Shown here: positions 1 through 13,782 of the stretch, one piece after another
Layout of the letters: each line of letters starts with the position of its first letter
How positions within the stretch are numbered: position 1 is the first letter of the stretch
Origin: Octopus sinensis
Taxonomy: Eukaryota
Direction of reading: 5' to 3'
Assembly: GCF_006345805.1 (NCBI RefSeq)
Contig: NC_043022.1
Span: 21,638,001-21,702,000, forward strand
Length of the DNA: 64,000 nt
Made by a program: the position numbers and the translations under genes
Notes under the pieces: generated by a model
Database searches by the model: none
What the model was told of the DNA's origin: nothing
What the model saw: the letters and a program-made list of their open reading frames with translations, nothing else

Positions 1-197
1 GCCCCTGGTTCTATGATACAAACTCTGTCTTAAAATTATCTAAATTAAAAACTCCAATCAAAATTTCATATTAATTTCTGTTCCTAACACTAGCTTAAAA
101 ATGACTAAGCTATTTTACTAAATTCTTCATTATTCTCAAAATTAATTGAAATGAAGACAGTGTGTTTCAACAGAAATATGGTAATAAAAAGGGTTAA
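1..197 (-). mobile_element. Partial TTAA-type (piggyBac-like) MITE related to family D
   Basis: Ends in ...taataaaaagggTTAA; body resembles the MITE at 47201-47428. Confidence 0.55.
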
Positions 198-1099
198 AAT
201 AGTGATTCTCAATCGGGGTCCAAATGGCCCTTGGTCTCCATACAAGATTTCAACCTGTCTGTGTTATTGTTTGTGTGTGTGTTTGTGTGTATACATATGA
301 AAAATGTCTTATTCACCTCTTATTAATGTGGTATATTTTTATCTGCTTTGTTATGAAACAGTCTTTTTACTCCCATGCTTATGAAAATATAAACATTCGC
401 CCCCCCCCCCTCATCATTTCAAGAATCTAAAAGTAGTAACATTGTACTGTTAGATTTTCTTTTTTTTACCTTCATTTCTTTTGCATTCTGGTTTACTTAT
501 TTTAGCAGTAGACAGCGGGGTTGGCATCTAAATTTGAAATCCAGTATCACAAAACCTGTTCCAAATGCACCTTTACAAATTTGTAACACATCTGATAAAA
601 GTACAGAAAGTTAGCTGCTATGTATAGCTTGAAAACACATGTGTATCAGGTGTACTTCAAAACACTGCTATTCTACAATATATAAAATGTGACTCCTGCA
701 CCTAGATAGATATATACATATGAATGTGAACGTGTGTGTGTGTATACATGTGCAATTGTACACATACAAAAATGTGTGTTCATTTTACATGTTTTTCTAT
801 GCTTAGGTTGGATGGATACTTATTTGAGTCATTGTTTAAGACCAGATTTCCTTCCTGTTGTCAATACTTCTATGTTTTACCTGTTAGGAAGCTTCTATTC
901 AACTATGTCAAAACTGCAGAGCTTACGGGACATGTTTACTGGCAATGTAAACATGAAGATACGTTTTCTTTTGGTTAGATGATCTCAAGTGAAAAGTAGA
1001 AACAACAATTTCACAGACACACACACATACAAATGTGTTCAATGCAGTTTCTTTCTATGAATTTCACTCACAAGGCATTCATTCATCAGCTCTAAGCAA

Positions 1100-1514
1100 T
1101 ACTCTCTTTTTACTCTTTTACTTGTTTCAGTCATTTGACAGTGGCCATGCTGGAGCACCGCCTTTAGTCGAGCAAATCAACCCCAGGGCTTATTCTTTGA
1201 AAGCCTAGTACTTATTCTATCGGTCTCTTTTGCCGAACCGCTAAGTTACGGGGACGTAAACACACCAGCATCGGTTGTCAAGCGATGTTGGGGGAAACAA
1301 ACACACACACACAAACATATACACAAACACACACATATATATACATATATACGACGGGCTTCCTTCAGTTTCCGTCTACCAAATCCACTCACAAGGCTTT
1401 GGTCGGCCTGAGGCTATAGTAGAAGACACTTGCCCAAGATGCCGCGCAGTGGGACTGAACCCGGGACCATGTGGTTGGTAAGCAAGCTATTTACCACACA
1501 GCTACTCCTACGCC
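1100..1514 (-). mobile_element. SINE family A (tRNA-like head, internal CA/TA microsatellite, (GAGTAAAA)n tail)
   Basis: Near-identical to more than 10 copies in the window. Minus-strand head ggcgtaggagtagctgtgtggtaa...gggttcagtccc has Pol III A/B-box-like motifs. ccttgggcaagt resembles the start of the CORE domain. Confidence 0.9.
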
Positions 1515-1836
1515 TAGTAGAAGACACTTGCACAAGGCCCTGCACAGTGGATTGAACCTACGACCAAGTGCTTGGGAAGTGAACTTCTTAATCATACAGC
1601 CACATTTGCACACACACACATATAGATCAGGTGTGGCTGTGTGGTAAGAAGCTTGCTTCTCAACCACATGGTTCTAGGTTCAGTCCCACTGCATGGCACA
1701 TTGAGTGCAGGGATATTTTTGCCTATAAACCAGCCAAATGGTATAAGTATGGAATTGAGTTTCTAGCACAATGATGGCAACATACAATAGAATATGATGG
1801 GATATATTTTGGTGAATAAACGCTTTTTAAGGGTAA

Positions 1837-2233
1837 CTAGCAGTATCGCCCGGCGTTGCTCGGGTTTGTAAGGGAAATAACTATATAAGCATTTTTAGAG
1901 AGTTATAGCAAAAAAATAGCAAAAAAATGCATTAAAAATGGGGAAAAAATAATGGTAAATTTTTTTTAAATTGTTGACTCATCGTAGACATTTTTAGAGA
2001 GTTACTTCCCTTATATAATAGCGAAAAAATGCATTAAAATGGAAAAAAATTATGGTAAATTTTTTTTTAAATCGTAGACTCATCGTAGACGCACGATAAT
2101 ACCCAGAAGGGCTCAATATGAATCAAGACTATAAGATACCCGGTTTTGGTTAAACTGCACTGCAAAATGTGGGAGTAGTTAGGAATCTAAATCGTAGGAG
2201 ACAGACACACAACTTCACTTTTATATATAAAGA
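1837..2233 (-). mobile_element. Non-autonomous Helitron
   Basis: Minus strand starts TCtttatatataaaag and ends cccgagcaacgccggg(hairpin)cgatactgCTAG. It sits between A and T with no TSD and has an internal ~100-bp direct repeat. Confidence 0.85.
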
Positions 2234-3138
2234 TTTGTTTGAATGATACTAAGAGCCAACAAGAGACTTTTTGAATAGAAGCTAAAAAAGAATGAAGATA
2301 AAATGAACCTAAATGAAGGAAACATAGTTGTATCATGCTACCCCTTCTTGCCTGGGGAAAATGAAAGTGAAAATGAAAGTGGTATTTTTTTAAGATCATG
2401 CTCTATTCAGATACAATGTATGAAAAACAACCAGCATACCTTCATCCCCATTCCTACCTCTCATCAATTCAATTGATGAACATTTCTGCCAAAGCAGGGT
2501 CAAGAGGAGCTCTCTTTATTTCTTTTATCATTAATTATGGGAACTTAAAACATAAACTCTAACCAAAGATTAAAGGATTATAAGAATTATATTACATTCA
2601 AACTCAGAGAAGCTTAAAATGTGTTCAATTCCACCGGGAATACTAATGGCTTTTGTTCAACAAAAATCAGCATTGTAGACAAGTTGTTTGTGAATCTACA
2701 AGTGTTCCGAGTTCTTCTATGTCAAATTTGTCTCGGAAATTCCTTTCTCTCGCTTTCTCTATTCAATTGATGATAAATCTACACAGAACACAGAACAAAA
2801 TTGGATAAATATTTGAAAATACAACTATCATTAGTCTTACCACACCACCACCACCACTAACAACCATTTGCTGTGTCTATCTAAATCACTAACCCTGTTT
2901 ACTCCTTCACTCCCACACCACCAACACAATGCCACCAAGAGAATCTTTAATCAACTATCTGTCTACTATGTCTCAATATACTTGGTCTGAATTGACCAAG
3001 AGTGTCTCCATGTGGTTGTTTGATCTGCTAGAAATAGCACGCAAGTTATCCACAAACTTACATTCAACTGTCTTTAACCCTTTCATTACCGTATATATTT
3101 TGAGATGCTCTGTATTTCTTTCAATTATTTTAAATATA

Positions 3139-3408
3139 GGGAGATGTACTTGCATAGCAAGTGATTTGATCTGAGATCATGTGCTGGAATGAAAACAATT
3201 GCAGCGTGGAAGGTGTTTGTAAGCCATTTAAGAAACACACAAAAGCCATTCGTTTCACTTCAACATTTATGTTTAATTTGTCAGTGAACAGGTCGCGGTC
3301 TTATAGCGACGAAAATATTTTGACAAATTAAACTTAAATGTTGAAGTGAATCGAACGGCTTTTGTGTGTTTCTTAAATGGCTTACAAACACCTTCCACGC
3401 TGCAATTG
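3139..3408. mobile_element. Fold-back element (probable Penelope-like pseudo-LTR derivative) with 12-bp TSD
   Basis: 88-bp inverted arms at 3196-3283 and 3321-3408 (3 mismatches); TSD attttaaatata at 3127-3138 and 3409-3420; second copy at 42622-42915. Confidence 0.75.
3275..3329 (+). ncRNA. Putative minimal type I hammerhead ribozyme with G3:C8 core
   Basis: aatttgtca-GTGAACA-G-GTCGC(ggtcttata)GCGAC-GAA-AATATT-T-tgacaaatt, giving stems I and II plus a palindromic stem III. Confidence 0.55.
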
Positions 3409-4084
3409 ATTTTAAATATAACAAAGAATTTAATAAAATAACTTAGTTACCATTCAGCTAGTGTTAGTAACATAAATTGTGATTAAGGTTTGGTGGAAGA
3501 TTTAAATTCAAAACTTAAGAAAACAAAACATTTGTACTACAGAGCCAGAGGTGGTTTGGGCCGGGTTGGTAATGAAAGGGTTAAAAAATGACATGTTTGT
3601 CATAGTTGGAGTACCTTTGATCGTAGATCTGTTTGATCAGGGAAAACCTGGGGCTAAAATTAACATAATGAATCATTTTACTTCAATTTAGCTACCTACT
3701 GAGATACACAAAGATTTAAAATGTTGACTGAAGTCAACTTTGTCTTTCTTTAAAAAAAAGTACCAGTTAAGTACTAGGGTCAACTACCCTCTCTCTTTCA
3801 AAATTCCTAGCCTTGCACTTAAATCAGAAGTAGTAAAATTGTTAGCATGCTGGGCAAAATGCTTAGCAGTATTTTGTCTGTCTTAATGTTCTGAGTTCAA
3901 ATACACAATTGATACTTAATTTAGCAACCCCAAAGGGACAAAAGCAAAGTCAATCTTGGCAGAATTTGAACTCAGAATGTAAAGATGGACAGTCATAATA
4001 TACAAACATTTCTCATGGCACCACTACACTGTTTACAGATGCTTACATTTTTTGTTTTCCATGACTTTATCACAGGTCAAGCTA

Positions 4085-4086
<2 letters not shown>

Positions 4087-4140
<54 letters not shown>

Positions 4141-4244
4141 TATTGTTATTATTATTATTATTACTATTATTATTATTGTTATTATTATTATTATTATTAC
4201 TATTATTATTATTGTTATTATTATTATTATTACTATTATTATTA

Positions 4245-4284
<40 letters not shown>

Positions 4285-4617
4285 TATTATTATTGTTATT
4301 ATTATTATTACTTTTTTTTTCTTCTTTCAAATTTGCTTCCATTTCTTGCCGAGTGTCTTCCCGACTCCTAGGGCAAAGAAACTCATAGTATACATTGGTA
4401 GGCCATTAAACCAAACTCAGTAGTTCGTTAATTTTTTTTTTTTTTCTTTTTAAAGTTAAATTAAAATACATGAGCAGCAACAGTTCTCACATCGACAATG
4501 CTCTTCTCAATACGTGTTCTCAATTATTATTATTATTATTATTACTATTATTATTATTATTGTTTATTATTATTATTATTATTGTTATTATATTATTATT
4601 ATTATTATTATTATTAC

Positions 4618-4656
<39 letters not shown>

Positions 4657-4748
4657 TATTATTACTATTATTATTATTATTATTATTACTATTATTATTA
4701 TTGTTATATTATTATTATTACTATATTATTATATTATTATTATATTAC

Positions 4749-4790
<42 letters not shown>

Positions 4791-4830
4791 TATTATTATT
4801 ATTATTATTATTACTATTATTATTATATTA
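4087..4830. repeat. Two (ATT)n microsatellite tracts (4087-4310, 4520-4830)
   Basis: Direct reading; source of the poly-Y/I/L/N ORFs. Confidence 0.98.
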
Positions 4831-5347
4831 TACTCTTGCTATTTTTGGCATTCATACAACTATGTGCAATAAAGGGCAGTCTTTCCTCACATGTTCACAT
4901 CCTGGTCGCTAATATTCTATTCCAATAAAACCGGGTATTAGTGCCCAAATTGTAAATGGTGGGAAATTCCATTGTAACTAATACAACATTTACAAGAATT
5001 TTTTAATACTGAAAATGTTTTTGGCATCTTACTTAAGCTAACTGAAATGTAATGACCCATGAATACTTTAACTGCCGTGGCCCATAAGTATTGTTACATA
5101 TTGTATTGTAATTTTAATGTTTGAACTGGCTTGTCTTAGAGAGTATAAATACTTGCGTAACCGATGCAACGGATTGAAAGACATCATACCTGACTTGGTG
5201 GTACTTATGCTAGAAGCCCTGTGCAGAAAATTTACATGTGGAAGCAATTTTTATATCAAAAGAAACCTGAAGTGGTATGGATGTTATACATGCTTTCATA
5301 TCCAACACTGTTGTTTAATACATGCTGCAGTGCCTTTGGTAAAATGT

Positions 5348-6612
5348 AACTGACGCAACAGGTATGTGTAAATAATGCAACAGGTACATATAACTGATGC
5401 AACAGGTACATATAACTGATGCAACAGGTACATATAACTGATGCAACAGGTACATGTAACTGATGCAACAGGTACATATAACTGATGCAACAGGTACGTG
5501 TAACTGATGCAACAGGTACGTTGTAACTGATGCAAAACGGGACGGTAACTGATGCAACAGGTAGGTAAAACTGATGCAACAGGTACATGTAACTGATGCA
5601 ACAGGTACATATAATTGATACAACAGGTACATGTAACTGATGCAACAGGTACATATAACTGATGCAACAGGTACGTATAACTGATGCAACAGGTACATAT
5701 AACTGATGCAACAGGTACGTATAACTGATGCAACAGGTACATATAACTGATGCAACAGGTACATATAACTGATGCAACAGGTACGTGTAACTGATGCAAC
5801 AGGTACGTGTAACTGATGCAACAGGTACGTGTAACTGATGCAACAGGTATGTATAACTGATGCAACAGGTACGTGTAACTGATGCAACAGGTAGGTGTAA
5901 CTGATGCAACAGGTACATGTAACTGATGCAACAGGTACATATAATTGATACAACAGGTACATGTAACTGATGCAACAGGTACATGTAACTGATGCAACAG
6001 GTACATATAACTGATGCAACAGGTACATATAACTGATGCAACAGGTACATATAACTGATGCAACAGGTACATGTAACTGATGCAACAGGTACATATAACT
6101 GATGCAACAGGTACATGTAACTGATGCAACAGGTACGTGTAAATGATGCAACAGGTACATGTAACTGATGTAACAGGTACATATAACTGATGCAACAGGT
6201 ATGTGTAAATGATGCAACAGGTACATATAACTGATGTAACAGGTACATATAACTGATGCAACAGGTACGTGTAAATGATGCAACAGGTACATATAACTGA
6301 TGCAACAGGTACATATAACTGATGCAACAGGTACGTGTAAATGATGCAACAGGTACATGTAACTGATGTAACAGGTACATATAACCTATGCAACAGGTAC
6401 ATATAACTGATGCAACAGGTACATATAACTGATGCAACAGGTACATGTAACTGATGCAACAGGTACATATAACTGATGCAACAGGTACATGTAACTGATG
6501 CAACAGGTACATGTAACTGATGCAACAGGTACATATAACTGATGCAACAGGTACATGTAACTGATGCAACAGGTATGTGTAACTGATGCAACAGGTACAT
6601 GTAACTGATGCA
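5348..6612. repeat. 22-bp minisatellite, ~57 copies (AACTGATGCAACAGGTACRTRT)
   Basis: Direct tandem periodicity. Confidence 0.98.
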
Positions 6613-6849
6613 CCATTTCCACCTAGAGATGCAACACTGAAACTCAGATACCAATTAGTAATGCACATTTTTATTTTAATCAATCTGGAACATGAGGAAT
6701 TGATCAAAAGATAAAATGAATTCAAAATGTGTGCTGCACTTGAACACAAAATTCTAAATAGCGTTTCTTGAAGCTTATTCCATGGGGTGCATGAAGTCCA
6801 CACTTCACGGCAGGAGGTGCAGATGAGGGCAGCTGCATCAAACTCTCTC

Positions 6850-7700
6850 ATGCACCAAATGTCAATTGCTAAAAAGCATTTGTGAAGTAAAATCATGTAG
6901 CAACACCAAATGGCGGTACCCCAGCATGGCCACAGCTCGTGAGCTGAAACTAGATAAAAATGATATATATATATCCTTATTGACAGCAGACTTATCAATG
7001 ACAGTGGGCAGCCACCAAGCATTGTCATATGTGACAACCACATAGTCACCTATATTAACACCAATGGTTTGATCCCCATCCTGTAGAACAAAGTTATCCT
7101 GCACCAAAGATGTGACTGTCCATTGCATAGGGGGTACTACAGTTAGCTACTTGTACACTGTTCATGGAAATTTCTGCCACATTATGATCAGCGACTTGCT
7201 GTATTATAAGGCTCCCACAGTTACCTGCAAATGCACTGTTTACAAAGGTCTCACACACATCAGCGATCTGCTGCATAAAGGTCCCAGTGACACCTTCAAG
7301 CAGTGTGTCCATAGTGGTCTCACATACACATCAGTAAGCTGCTGCATAAGTCGGCCAATGCATTGAAATCAATAAGGCTTACGTAGGTCTTGCAACCTCA
7401 CATTATCCAAGTAAATTTTCAAATTTATTGCATATCGTTCCATTGACAGTCTTTGATAATTTTGTTTAAGACAAAAAATGTTGCTGGTTTTTGATAGAGA
7501 AAAAGCAGTGTCTCTGGCATATCTGATTTCTAAATACAGCCTACCGACCTTTTCTTTATCTGGTATATCTGCCAGGAGATAGGCATCTACCTCAGTGTTG
7601 CTAATAAATGGTCCACCATGATTTTTTCAAAATATTGAGTCAGCTGTTCATCATCTATCCACTGCAATGTTGATGCTGTCCTTCTTTTCCGGTCCCTGTT
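6850..7700 (-). pseudogene. Frameshifted coding relic, probably the C-terminal part of an unclassified DNA-transposon protein
   Basis: Minus-strand segments LQWIDDEQLTQYFEK / HGGPFISNTEVDAYLLADIPDKEKVGRLYLEIRYARDTAFSLSKTSNIFCLKQNYQRLSMERYAINLKIYLDNV / GDYVVVTYDNAWWLPTVIDKSAVNKDIYISFL are protein-like and joined by frameshifts. The family assignment is from memory. Confidence 0.55.
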
Positions 7701-9479
7701 TAGATTTTAGAACATTTATAGATAGTTCTTACAGCTGTTTCCAGTATTTAAAATTGGTCATTCCAAGTATAGAGTTTATACACAGTGTTATTGAATCAAG
7801 GTTTTTATTTAAAGTGACCTAAAAATAAGGAGTGTACTAGTGGGGTCAAATTAAAAACAGGAAGAGAGGAATGAAGAAAGAGAAAAAGAAGAGAATAAGG
7901 AGAAGAAAGTAATAAAAATAATAAAAATTATATATATATATATATATACATTTATATATATATATATAATTATTAATATTTGAGGGAATAAAATCCAAAA
8001 CTTACAAGGGAAAAAAAATTTCAATTTAGAAATACTAAATCAAATTTCACACAATATAATATATATATAAAAAATTAGAAAAAAAACACCTTTTATCAAT
8101 TTAAAATTTTGCAATTTACTTAATCTTTGACATTTTATTGCTATTTTAACGTTAATATTTCTATTATATGTAATTTTCCAGATGGTGTAATTTAATTGTT
8201 CATTTTGAATTGATAAAAGGTGTTTTTTTTCCAATTTTATATATATAAGTCCCGGGGTCGATTTGCTCGATTAAAGGCGGTGCTCCAGCATGGCTGCAGT
8301 CAAAATGACTGAAACAAGTAAAAAGAAAAAGAAAGAAAAAGAATAGTTTGCTGATGACGTCAGCAAAATATGTAAATATGTAGACATCAAGAAAATGGAT
8401 AAACTGGTGGTTTCAAACAAAAACATATCATCGATAGTAATTGGTTCTGCCTAAGTTATAAAGACAGTCCTTTATCACTCTTAACCTCATGAAAGCAGTG
8501 AAACTAGTAACTGGAAAGTTGTACTCTACAACAGCATTGTTCACAAAGTGTGACATATAAAATATAAATAATTTAAATAAAATAATTCAATGATATATGT
8601 CTGCTATACACTGTTGTTCTTTTAGTGAAATGTAGCAGGCAGTACACTGAACTGACTGGTGTTAAATATGACTTGTTCTTGCATATCTAGAGTTCCAATG
8701 AGAAAAAGCTTTTAATTTCATTAAAATATAGTGTATAAATTAGCATTTTGACAGTCTAATTGCAATGAGAAATGTCAGTAGTTGAAGATAACCAAATTAG
8801 ACTAAATGTTTCTTTTTTTTTTCCCCCACAACTTCGTGAATAACTCTCCTATTTCAATCAATCATGATTTTAAATATTGAACATTATCATTATTTTACTA
8901 TTCTTCTGCATAAAAAGTAAAAAAAAAAAATGCAAACCAGCGAAAGAGAAAAAAAAAATGAGTATAACTATACATATTGCCTCTTTCTTTCTTTTTAACC
9001 CATTCATTATACTAATTGATTTCAGTTGATTAAATTATGCTGCAAATTACTGATCTTGAAACAAAGTCTTTCAAGATAGGACTTCATTAAGAGAAGCAAT
9101 CACATCCTTCCCCCTCCCCACACTTAACTCTGATACTCACACACACACACATATATACATACATACACACATATATATAAGAGGAAGAGATTGTAGCTGT
9201 AGGGTTAAGATATTAGGAAAATAATGGTTATGAGCTTAAACCCTGACTAATACAATGTTGGTTAAGCCACATAACAGAGTTTACTTTTGTCCGTTAGGTT
9301 AACTACAGACAAACATTCTGAGATGTTTTAACTCCAAGAACATAATCCAACCAGAATTAATAAAATAAAAACACCTGGTTCAACAGTATACAAATACCTA
9401 AATATTTCCAAGATTAGAGCCACCTAACCATCCTGATGGTAGGGTTGACCCAAAGGTGTAGAAGACACTAACATAAGGT

Positions 9480-9875
9480 GCCATGCAGTGTGATATAATC
9501 CGGAAGCAAAATTCCTAACTATTTGGCCATGCTTGCACATAGCAGAGAACCATCCGAACGTGGCCGTTTCCAGCGCCGCCCCGACTGGCCTCCATGCCGG
9601 TGGCACGTAAAAAGCACCATCCAATCATGGCCGTTGCCAGCTTCGCCTGGCCTCTGTGTCGGTGGCATGTAAAAAGCACCATCCGATTGTAAAAAGTACG
9701 TAAAAAGCACCCACTACATTCATGGAGTGGTTGGCATTAGGAAGGGCATCCAGCCATAGAAATATTGCCAGATCAGACTGGGCCTGGTGCAGCCTTCTGG
9801 CTTCCCAGACCCCAGTTGAACCGTCCAACCCATGCCAGCATGGAAATGCGGACACTAAACGATGATGATGATGAT
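9480..9875 (+). mobile_element. SINE-like family B (ggaagggcatccag core, (GAT)n tail, 5' tandem modules)
   Basis: Matches copies at 12260, 13322, 22393, 24061, 31383, 39240, 45865, 49600, 52295 and 55382. Confidence 0.85.
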
Positions 9876-10650
9876 ATTACTGATTATAAAACCAAAGTCC
9901 AGAAAGAAATTGCAATTAACTCTTATTTAACATTATGCTTTTCTATAAAGGAATGAATAACGCTATCACCAATGAGTTTCACAAATTGAAAAATTGCAGA
10001 GAAATTATGTTTTGAGTTAGTTCCTTCTGTCTGCACTAACTGCAAAGTTATTTATGAAATAAATATTCACATATAATGGTATTATAGGTTTAAAGTCACA
10101 ATATTTATTTTGAAATCAGAAGCTAAATGTGAAGAACAAACCATCAGCAAATAGTAAAACAAAATACTTGCTGCATAGTTTGGGTGGTTGTATGGCTAAC
10201 AAGAGGGAAAAAAGTGTGATACAACTGCACCAAAGGAATACAGACATACTCTAGTAGCATCAATGCTGCTTGGCATAGGTGATGACAAGGATAACATTAA
10301 AAGGTGTAGAAATCATTGTGATTTCCAACGTGCAGCAGTGTAAACTGTATGTAAAATATGAGGATAATAATGATAATAATAGTAATAATAATAACAACAA
10401 CAGCAATAATAATAATGATAATAATAATGATGATCTTTTCTACTTATAGGTACAAGACCTGAAATTTTGGGGGAGGGGTAAAGTTGATTATGTTGACCCC
10501 TGTACTTGACTGGTACTTAATTTATTAATCCTGAAAGGATGAAAAGCAAAGTCAACCTCAATGGAATTTGAACTCAGAATGTAAAGATAGGTGAAATGTC
10601 GCTAAGAATCTTGCCTGGCATGGTAATGATTCTGCCAGCTCACCACCTTA

Positions 10651-10743
<93 letters not shown>

Positions 10744-10764
10744 TTATTATTATGGAGTGAGAGA

Positions 10765-11307
10765 GCAGTGTATGCCATCAAAGTGACACTGGGATAAAAT
10801 ATATGAAGCCCAGTATACCCATCATGACTACCCATCTGATAAGGGTACACTAGGCACATGCATCACAACCATATGTGCATGACATGGTGATCTCATATCA
10901 AGATAGACAGCACATGACCTTGCAGGTGGGGCCCAGTTAGAATTTTCTTCTTGTCAAGTAACCCATCTCGCTCAAAAGGTTCCTGAATAAGGGTTGTTTA
11001 AGGATGTTGAATGAAACACGCATGTTTCCAGAGATGAATTATTCAAATCCCAAAGAATCCCTCTCAACACATGGCCATGATGCTCCCCCACTACTTCTGC
11101 TTGTGATCAGAGATGCACATATCATCAGCCACTAAGAGACATGTTCAACTGGTTAAGGTCAAACAACTGACAAGCAAGTCTGTGGTATTGAGCAGAATAT
11201 TTGCTGCAGCCCACCTTTTATAGCAAGATAAAACAATGTACATGATAACACTTCCAATCAGTTAAGATCAGAAGCCACGAGAGCCATTGCCTGGTACTGC
11301 ATCAGGG

Positions 11308-11310
<3 letters not shown>
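10765..11310. mobile_element. Unclassified interspersed repeat or LINE fragment between (AAT)n and (ATT)n tracts
   Basis: GC-richer block bounded by microsatellites; only one copy in the window. Confidence 0.4.
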
Positions 11311-11356
<46 letters not shown>

Positions 11357-12812
11357 GCACTGGTCACTGATATTTTATTTCACTGAAATAAAATATTGCA
11401 GAGCTGTTGTTGAAGACAGAGATTTCCATTGCCCACTAATGATTACATATCTATTGAAAATTATTCCTAATGATGGCTAAAGTTAAAATGAAACTGGAGA
11501 CACAAATTGTACAAAGAAAAGACAATGATTAATTCAGTGGATCCCAACATTCCTACCATGCCCTCCGTTCACTACTATAAATATAGACCACTTTCTGTAG
11601 CAAATTTAAAACAACTTTATTTCACAAGTAAAACTTAGCCTACTTAACCCATTATTTTGGGGTGGTTTTTTACTACATTGCCCCCTTTTAGTCACCCCGT
11701 TATTGCCCCACTTTTTTCAATGCCCCCACTGGATCTTTCTACCAACCCCAAGGGGGCAGTACCACCCACTTTGGGAACCACTGGATTAGTTGAATTAGAC
11801 TGGACTTGTGTAACTTATATATCCAATTATATCCAAAATATTACAAAAAGAAACATTTTTTGTATATACAACACAATATTTGTTTTAGGACTATGCTTTT
11901 AACATGATTATATAATGCTTTTATCATGATTACATTATGATTCTAACATGTCTTCATCCTGATTTTATAACTATTATCACTATACGGATTAGTCATCTCT
12001 GTTCCTCCCATCCTCCACCTACCCTGCTCCATTCTCAAAAGGGGTGAACAGGTCTATGTATAGGTATATCTTTAGCCATTTCATTAATTTATCTTTCTTT
12101 CTTTTATCTTTTACTTGTTTCAGTCATTTGACTGCGGCCATGCTGGAGCACCACCTTTAATCGAGCAACATGCTACATAATGCAAAATTTTTACTTTTCA
12201 AAATTCCAATTCTAAAGGGTCGAAACAAACCCGAACAACGCCAGGCGTAAAAAGCTCCCACTACACTTATGGAGTGGTTGGCGTTAGGAAGGGCATCCAG
12301 CCGTAGAAACATTGCCAGACCAGACTGGAGCCTGGTGCAGCCTCCTGGCTTCCCAGACCCCAGTTGAAGCGTCCAACCCATGCTAGCATGGAAAACGGAC
12401 GCTAAATGATGATGATGATGATGATGATGATACAAAGAGGGAGAAAGAAACAGACAGATCATCATCATTATCATCACTCTCATCATTTTAATGTCTGCTT
12501 TACCATGCTTGTATGAGGCAGAGAAGAGTACAATGGAGCAGACTTTTTTTTTACAGTCAGATGCCCTTCCTGTCATCAACTGCACTTGTTTCCAAGTAAG
12601 GTAATAATCTCTGTCTACTGAACAACAAACAGTTCAGATATGTTTTGTGCAAAGAACTGGAAATAAACGGTCCCATTTGAATGGGCCCTTTTGTTTATGT
12701 CGATCACAGAAATGTCAATACAGGTCAAGAAACCCAGGTGTGCAAGCATATGACACTGTCAGCAAGCTATTGTTTCCAAACTCAGCCAACACAAGAAGAT
12801 ATAAATTTACAC

Positions 12813-12857
<45 letters not shown>

Positions 12858-13084
12858 CAGGCTTCTTTCAGTTGCTAGCAACTAAATCAACTAGTCTTTG
12901 GTCAGATGGGCTGTAGCAGAAGATGCTTACCCCCAGATGCCATACAGTGAATTTGAAACAGAAACCACACAGTGGGGGGAAAGTAAAACTTCTCAACCAT
13001 ACAGACATGTCTGCACCTGTACATATACATATTCACACACACACATATATTTATGCATATTCACACACATATACACATATATCT

Positions 13085-13310
13085 ATTTCTTTACTACCCC
13101 AAGGGGCTAAAGACAGAGAGGACAAACAAGGACAGACAAACGGATAAAGTCAATTATATCGACACCAGTGCGTAACTGGTACTTATTTAATCGACCCCGA
13201 AAGGATGAAAGGCAAAGTCGAACTCAGGGGAATTTGAACTCAGAACGTAATGGCAGACGAAATACGGCTACGCATTTCGCCCAGCGTGCTAACATTTCTG
13301 CCAGCTCGCC
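13085..13310 (-). mobile_element. SINE family C (tRNA-like head; central gactttgcctttcatcctttcggggtcgat domain)
   Basis: Matches 6 other copies; minus-strand head ggcgagctggcagaaatgttagc...gagttcaaattcc. Confidence 0.88.
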
Positions 13311-13745
13311 TATACACGTATATCATCATCATTCAACATCCGTTTCCATGCTGGCATGGATGAGATAGTTTGACAGGAGCTGGCAAGTCAGAAGACTGCG
13401 CCAAGCTCTACTCACTGCTTTGGCATGATTTCTACAGCTGGATGTTCTTCCTAATGACAGTTCTTCTGCTACCTCAGGTTATGGGATTTTACACTTACAG
13501 AAATTCTAAAGAATGACCATTAATTTTGGGATACTGTCTGTAATTTAGCTCTTCACAGAAACTTGTATTGCATAGTTTTAAATTGTTAATTTAAAACTAC
13601 ACTTTCTTCCTCACTCAATGGCCACTCGCATTTTAGTTGAGATCAAAGTATATACAGTTAACGATTTGAAAAACTATCATCACATTACAAACATACACAC
13701 GTGTGCATAATGTATGTATGTTTGTGTGTGTGTTGGTGTGTGTAT

Positions 13746-13764
<19 letters not shown>

Positions 13765-13782
<18 letters not shown>

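Larger units (their letters stand above)
3074..3584 (+). mobile_element. piggyBac-like MITE family D, interrupted by an insertion at 3139-3408
   Basis: TTAA-CCCTTTCATTACC ... GGTAATGAAAGGG-TTAA terminal inverted repeats; body matches copies at 37979, 47201 and 52674. Confidence 0.9.

Noticed and set aside
3985-4928. Poly-Y/I/L/N ORFs
   Set aside because: Translations of (ATT)n microsatellites.
5348-6612. Possible CRISPR-like array (also considered for the 365-bp and 23-bp arrays)
   Set aside because: Head-to-tail repeats with no unique spacers, in a eukaryotic context, with no cas genes.
5256-7049. 597-, 452- and 347-aa Cys/His-rich ORFs
   Set aside because: They result from a stop-free strand of the 22-bp minisatellite; all three frames give the same rotating peptide.
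8345-8368. CTGATGA within a small hairpin containing TGACGTCA (CRE)
   Set aside because: No GAAA or stem II/III, so it is not a hammerhead; a single CRE is expected by chance.
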